The translations under genes and the position numbers were made by a program. Of a stretch of DNA of 64,000 bases, positions 56,351 through 64,000 are shown one piece after another. Position 1 is the stretch's first letter; each line of letters starts with the position of its first letter. The stretch is from Eledone cirrhosa (taxonomy: Eukaryota): positions 2,666,001 through 2,730,000 of the forward strand of contig OZ024747.1 of NCBI GenBank assembly GCA_964016885.1. Direction: 5' to 3'. Under the pieces are notes generated by a model. It had not been told where the DNA came from. It saw only the letters and a list, made by a program, of their open reading frames with translations, and made no database searches.

Positions 56351-58891
56351 TTCTTGAATTCCCTAAAGACAAAACAAAAAATAAGTTTCTATATAAATGT
56401 CACATATAGAATGTCAAGTTTTATATGTAAATCTCTATTTACTTGTTTCAACTATCGTTTCATGTCTAACAGACAACATCTGAACAGTTTTACTAAGTAA
56501 TATCTCACCTTCCAGCAGGGAAGAAAATAATGCTCATAAAATAAATGTTTTTCAGAAAGTTTACATAAATATATCTATTAATAATTCATTTATAATGAAG
56601 CTACCTACCTCAATATTACTAGAAAGAAATTGCCAATGTAAAAATGTGTAATTTCTCTTCTAAGTTATGCAATATTTAAATATGACAGAAAGAGCTTTTA
56701 TTTAGAAATAAGCTATGTTTCATTTAGAATAAATACATTCTGTAAACTCCATTTTGTATGTTAGCTTCCAGACTTTGGAAGGGATTATAGTTGAAAAATT
56801 GATTGATTTTCACACATCTCACTTCCTTAATGTTACCAATGTGCAGCAGATATTTTATGACATTTAGAATTAATGTTTTAATATTTTTTTTATCCTTGAT
56901 GCTTAAAAATGACTGCTGGTTTGAATGTGTTAGAATATTGATATTATTGTTATTATCATTATTGTTATTTTTTATTTCCCACATTAGACAAGATCAACCT
57001 CAAACCTGTCATGCTGAATGCTAACACAAGAGTCAGGAACTGAGGAAATTAGTCATTGATTTAGGAGTATGGCATTTTGGTTTTCACTCACTAATTAACA
57101 ACTAACAGATGAGCACAATAATGTTACTGCCGGAAACACTAAAATAGAGCCTATTTCCTCTGACTTCAACATTTTATTGACTAAGATGTCAAGCCACCAT
57201 CACCATCTCTACTGTGGCTGAAACATATTTGAAAGGAAGTTCATAATATCATTAATATTCTCTATCTTACAGTTCATTGTTCACTTGATAAAAAGATTTC
57301 TGTATGAAATTTGGCTTTAGTAGTATTTTTTTTAAAATTATATTTTGTCACCAATTTCACAAAGAATTTTTCCTAACCTATTTTGTCATCAAAATTTATA
57401 GTGTAATTAGTTACAATAGGAAGAGTAAAATAAAAATCCCAGAAAGGTATGCTTCACAGTTTTACTCTTTTTCTTGTTTCAATCATTGAACTGTGGTCAT
57501 GCTGGAGCATCATCTCGAAGAGTTTTAGTTAATTATATCAACCCCAGTATTTATTTCAGCTGTTTTATCGATCTCTATTTATTGAAAAGACCAGTTACAT
57601 TTTCTGTTTTGTTATTTTTTGACATAAAAGGATGTAAGTTGACAGATGAATTGACATGTAGAACTCAACATGGTTGCTTAGCTTACTGGAATATGTAAAT
57701 ATAAACAGTGACACACATACATGAACATATATATACACATACACGCACACATATATATAGATATGTATACATATATATATATCATCATCTATATATATGT
57801 GTGTGTGCATGTGTGTGTATATATATATATAATAAGGATTTAGATCAATATATGATGATTACAATCTCATTGCTTATAACTTGCTTAACAAAATGAATCT
57901 GAGCAGACACTAAACATTAAAATGTTGTGAAACAACAGTGCTCAAGTAACAGATCTTTGTGGTAGAGCAAAGACAAATCAATGATTCAACAGCAATAGAG
58001 AAACATTAAATCACTTCTATGATATCATTTCAGACTTTTGAGAAAACCTGTTAATTATTGATTGATTATAAACCAATAATCCACAAATTCTGGACTGTAG
58101 TCCTCATTAGCAAGTGAGACCTAAATAGAAATCCCCAAAATATCGACCATACTAGTAGAATTTCAAGTTGATACTAGCATTCCATGTTAGAATTAAGATA
58201 ACTGCTTCCCTATAGTTTCAACCTAGTAAAATCTACTCATCCACTCATAATGTTTTAGTTCAGTCAAAGCTACAATAGAAGCCCACGGTTATACTCCTCA
58301 AATATAATAACAGTATTGAAGACTTTCATTATGTAGTGCTACAAGCAAGAATATATTGAAATTGTTCTCCCTTCTGACTACATTAGCACCATGAGAGGAT
58401 TTTAGCCGAGTATTAGAGACAATATGATAGAGTCAGTCAATAACATTTGCTACTAACTACTTCCAAGTCCATTGAATAGGTTGCTTGAATTTGCCAGGAT
58501 TATAACTATTACCCTTTGCTTGGCTGGCTGACATTCAACTCAGCCTATATACGCTACCAAAGGAGATGATCCATATTATCTTAACAATATATTCTTACCA
58601 AATATTTTGGTATGTATCCATTCGACCCTGTAAGGTGGTCATGCTGGTGAAACAACTCCCCTGACGAAAAACCGAGCATTCTTCCAATAATTTAAAATGG
58701 CTGGATTGGATTCTTTCGTTTTTGAAACCATGGTTGGAGGACATTTATATGAGTGAGTGTTTCTTATTATAGTCTGTCTGACTTACACGCCCCTAAATTA
58801 GATAGAGATTTTTGTGGCATAAGTTTAATATATATATTATATGTAGCTTCACCCGGGTGAACCTACACTAATTCCGTGTTACACTCCCTGA

Positions 58892-58926
<35 letters not shown>

Positions 58927-59683
58927 ACCCTCATCATCATTTAATGGCCACCTTCCACCCTAGCATGGGATATATATATATATATAAATATGTATATATG
59001 TATATATATATATATATAATTCTTATATCGATATTATTTGGGCATCCACTGATGAGTTTATAAGAGCCCACTTGTTTATAAAACTATGGGTTATATACAA
59101 GTTTCTACATAACCTGGAAATTATTTATCCCAAATTGTAGAAATCTTATAATGAAAGGAAAGAGATATTTATTTAATAATGTCTCGTATAAAATAATACA
59201 ACCAGCTATCCACGAAATACTGATTAGTTAGCACCCCAAACACTAAATTGGGATAATTCTTAAGTATATCCTAATGTTTGTTGAGTGAGATGGAGTTGGT
59301 CAGAGTATCGCTTAAGGCTTTCTCTGTTTATGTATTGTATATATATGTATGTATGTATGTATGCATTCGTGAGTGAATAACAATAATGTTATTAATATTC
59401 AGTTTGTTTGCGAGCAAACAGCCTCATAGACACCACATATGTTTTCTAGATTAACAACTTCATCCTTTTATTCCAGTGGAAGCTGAAAGAAAACAAATGA
59501 CAATAATGTTTTGGAGTCTTTTGCTCCTTATCAAGGTTGTGTGTTCTCCTGTCTGCTACTTCGCTGGAACTGCTGACGATATATAATATTCTCAAATGTA
59601 TACAGCAGTTGATTAGCCTCATTTGCATATTGAGCGATTTTACGGCTGGCCGGAAAATTACTTGGTATGTTATATATACATAT

Positions 59684-59863
59684 AATTGTTTCTACTTTTG
59701 GCACAAGGCCAGCAATTATCCCAGTGTATTACTGGTACTTTATTTTATCGACCCCGTAAGGATGAAAGGCAAAGTTAACCTCGGCGAGATTTGAACTCAG
59801 ATCATAAAGGGCCGTAACGCTTTGTTGCAAAGCATGGCGTCCGACCCTCTACCGATACTGCCA
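59684..59863 (-). mobile_element. Deu/Nin-like SINE copy
   Basis: Reverse-complement homolog of 4920-5104. Confidence 0.8.
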
Positions 59864-60627
59864 AGTAATATAATATAATATAATGTATATAAGAAGAAAA
59901 CAGCTATATTGTAGAACTCTCCTTCCAAGTCAGTGAGGCTAATCTCCCATTGATGAATATCTCTGTCAAACAATTGACTAACTTTGTCATATTTATGGGA
60001 GATAATTAATATTTTTTTCCCCTTTTAGATATAGATATTAAATTTATTTCAGAATTAGCTGCAAATAAGTGTGTATATGTACATGAATGAATATCTGTGT
60101 GTTTCTTATATGAGTATGTCTTTGTATGATACACAGCCACAAAGATATGCACACATACACATATAAGAGTTGTTTTAAAATCATTGTAAATAATATACAA
60201 GAATTTAATTTAGAGTGTGGACTTGTCACTGAAGTTGTATGTTGTAAATATTCCATTTTATAATTTTCTATAAAGCTGTTTCATTGCTTCTACACCCTGA
60301 AATCATGTGAACTATTAGTATGTGCGTGTATGGGTGTCTGTGTGTGTGTGTCTGTGTAAGAGTCAATGATAGAGAAAGGGAGAGAGAGAGAGTTATATAG
60401 ATAGATAGCGATATATATATAAAGAGAGAGTTAGAAATTGAGAGACATAAAAATAGAGAGAGAAAGAGAGAGTGCAAGATACATATATATATATATAGAG
60501 AGAGAGAGAAAGAGAGAGAGATAGAGAGAGAAACAAAAATAGAGAGAAAAAGAGAGTGAGACAGATATATATATATATATAGAGAGAGAGAGACCAAAAT
60601 AGAGAAAAAAAAGAGAGTGAGACAGAT

Positions 60628-60967
60628 ATCATCATCATCATTTCATTTTACGTCCGCTTTTCCCTGCTTGCAAGGGTGGGACAGGAACTGATTCTGGCTT
60701 GATTTCTACAGCTGGATGCCCTTCCTAACACCAACCTCATTTACAGTGAGTGCTGGGTGCTTTTTTGCATGGCACCTTCACGACCACTTTGCAGTAGAAT
60801 GATATGGACCCCAGTCCCTATCATCTCATTTCTACTGCTGAGTAAACTGGAGCAATGTGAAATAAAGTGTCTTGCTCAAGGAAACAACACATCAGCTGGT
60901 CTGAGAATTGAACTCACAACCTTTCGATTGCAAGGTCAATGCTCTAACCACTAAGCCATGTGCCTCC
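60628..60967 (-). mobile_element. Same SINE family, full length
   Basis: Homologous to the other copies over the full length. Confidence 0.88.
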
Positions 60968-61057
<90 letters not shown>

Positions 61058-61114
61058 CAGAGAGAGAGAAACAAATATAGAGAAAAAAAGAGAGTGAGAC
61101 AGATATATATATAT

Positions 61115-61447
61115 ACATGGCTTAATGGTTAGAGCATTGGCCTTGCAATCGAAAGGTTGTGAGTTCAATTCTCAGACTGGGTGATGTGTTGTTTCCTTGA
61201 GCAAGAGACTTTATTTCACATTGCTCCAGTTTACTCAGCTGTAGAAATGAGATGATAGGGACTGTGGTCCCTATCATTCCACTGTAAAGTGGACGTGGAG
61301 GTGTCACGGTAAAAAAGCACCCAGCACTCACTGTAAATGAGGTTGGTGTTAGGAAGGGCATCCAGCTGTAGAAATCAAGCCAGAATCAGTTCCCGTCCCA
61401 CCCTTGCAAGCAGGGAAAAGCGGACGTAAAATGAAATGAAAATGAAA

Positions 61448-61450
<3 letters not shown>
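61115..61450 (+). mobile_element. Same SINE family, inverted relative to its neighbour
   Basis: Homologous to the other copies; about 150 bp from 60628-60967. Confidence 0.88.
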
Positions 61451-61496
<46 letters not shown>

Positions 61497-62162
61497 TAGA
61501 GATAGAGAGGGGTGGGGGTGAATGAGGGAAGTAACTTGAAAGAACATGGGGAGGGTGTGTGGAATAGATGGAGAAATGGGAAGGGGTATAGTGAGGGAAA
61601 GAATTGAAATGGCAGTCAATAAATAATAAGTTTTCCTAGAAAATAGTTGAGTGAATATGTAATTAAAAAGATTAATTGATTAGATTTTGACATTTGCACT
61701 CTTCAGTGTCACACTTCATTATTTTATAAATAATGGTTCATTGCTGGCCTCTTTGCCAAACAACTTTCTTCTTTACCTACTCATTGATTTTTATGTATCT
61801 TTGCTACATATTTATATATATATACACACACACTCATATATATATATATATATATATATATCATCATCATCATCATTTTACGTCCGCTTTCCCCTGCTTA
61901 TAGACATACATACATACACATATATATATATACACACACATATATATATATACACACATATATATATACACACATATATATATACACACATATATATACA
62001 TACATATGCATATATATATATATTGCAAAGGCACACACACACAAATATGTATATACACACACACATACATCATACATACACGCCCTTAATATATATACAC
62101 AGATACATCATACATACGAGTATATATATATGTATGTATGGAATGTATATATATATACACAC

Positions 62163-62225
<63 letters not shown>

Positions 62226-63289
62226 TATTCTCTCTCCTTTGGTTGTAATATTGTCAATTTTATTCTGTTTATAAATTACCTTCACTTTATTTTGTTTAAA
62301 TATCAAAATAGATATAAATATTTTCAGTATAGAAAATTAAGATTTAGATAAAAATTGTACACTTGTCAGATATAATGTCCCTCCTTTTAAACAATTAGTT
62401 TGGTGATACCATTAAATGAAAGGGGGAGTTTAATTGTGAGGTAATTAAAATATCTTCCCTGAATCCATGGAAGAATTAAATAAAGTATATGTTCATATTT
62501 TCCTGTTGGTTTATGTGAATACATATAATGACTTCATTCTGTCACTATTGTGTTCTAATTCAGTTATTGCTTTATATCTGTGAGAGCTATGTTTTTAGGA
62601 ATAATATCAGAAAATCTTGAATGTTTTGAGGACAATGAAGCAAAATTTCTCAAAATGGGTTGCCAGGAATCTCAGTGTTCTATAAGAAATGTCATGTTTT
62701 ACAATTAATTAATGGTCTCCTGTTAGTACCTTGATTTTTTTGTATTCTAAATTAGCCAAATTTATCTCTGCATTCCATAATCTATATTTATTAATTTCGT
62801 GAAAATACAGTATGTGACTATATAAAATTGATAATTATTCACAATAGAGGTTGTGGTTTTAAAATACAACTAATTGATATTGTTACTAATAGGTGGATTG
62901 GTAGGATCAGTAAAGTACTGAACAACATGATTTGCAGCATAGAGTTACAGCTAGTAACACACTGGGTTCGATTTAATCATCTTTCTCCTTCCCCCAAACT
63001 ATTGGCCTTATGCATAAATCAGAAACAGCTATTATGCTGAGGTTAGCTTTGCTATTCATTCCCATGGAGTCAATAAAATAAAGTACCAGTAATGCACTGG
63101 GGTCGATGACTTAACTGACTTTCCCTTCCCCCAAAATTGTTGACCATGTTCCTAAATCAGAAACTGTTATTAAAGTGTTACTGACTACATTCAACCTTAG
63201 GTACCAAATAATCCACTGGTAAGAACACTTTCTATGTCAGCTTTGACCCATATATGCTATTGTGAAAAAACAAAAATTATGGGGTTCTT

Positions 63290-63620
63290 TTCCTTCTTCA
63301 CTCACTTATTCCTGAGAGGGTCTTGAGGACAAAGCTTCCCCCCAACTCTTTCCAGCGGTTCCTGTCAGAAGCATCCATTTCCAATTGATCTGGCTGGATC
63401 TGCAAATGAGACCAGCTAAGCTCATGGATGTTATCCAACCATCTTGCTCGAAGTCTACTCCCAGGAACTCCTGCCAGATGGTTTTGCTTGTAAAATTTGT
63501 CTAGTAACATTACTCAATAGATTGCATAGTTTGGAGATCAGAGAGTCGCTCTAAGTAAAGCCACTACTTCTCCAGATTGAGAGCTCACAAATTTGATAAT
63601 ATGGGCACATGTTTAGAATT
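63290..63620 (-). mobile_element. RTE-like LINE fragment with inverted 5' part
   Basis: 63298-63510 (minus) reads RWLDNIHELSWSHLQIQPDQL, while the adjacent 63540-63620 matches the upstream part of 14030-14110 on plus. Confidence 0.65.
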
Positions 63621-64000
63621 ATGGGGTTCATATTAAAATAAATTATGGAATCATATTCGGGCCCTGGGACAAAATGGGAAATCTGGTTTGGGAGCCAACG
63701 TGTTAACAGAAAAAAATATTGGTACATTTCAATGAAATGGAAAAAAGAAAAAGTAACACAAAATTTCTTTCAAAATTGTTAATAAATTTGCCATAAATCT
63801 TTAATATTTCATAACTAAATAGTAAATAATGTATTCATCACATTTTGAAACAATAATTTCAACAATGTTTGTATCTCAGCAATATGATAACTGCAGCTTT
63901 AATATTGACCTTCTATGGTTACTAGGACTCTCTCGCTGGACTCTAATATGCACACTTCAGATTTTTAATCTATATTGTTGCTCATGGTTCACCAGTAAAT

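Overview
AT-rich, microsatellite-dense animal DNA, very probably an octopus/coleoid cephalopod genome (inferred from the protocadherin type and the SINE/RTE families). It contains part of a head-to-tail protocadherin array: a probable last exon of one gene (19883-20166), then a candidate promoter and 5'UTR exon (about 26690-26975), a 200-N gap, and a large exon encoding 6 EC repeats plus TM (34733-37250) with three 1-nt deletions. The most notable signal is a Penelope-like element (PLE) system inserted into (TA)n tracts. A 5.7-kb element (45411-51139) carries an intact Naiad-type GIY-YIG ORF but no RT, has 1128-bp inverted arms, and each arm holds a type I hammerhead ribozyme with a very long stem II. 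At least seven small fold-back insertions from several families show a related layout (usually arm, inverted arm, one-sided tail); some carry hammerheads, and their tails share GAGT(A/G/T)C and terminal CTACA motifs. Other content: CORE/RTE-tail, Deu-like and V-like SINEs, RTE fragments, a Chapaev3-like relic, MITEs and two minisatellites. Nearly all short ORFs in the track are microsatellite artefacts. All alignments and folds were done by eye.
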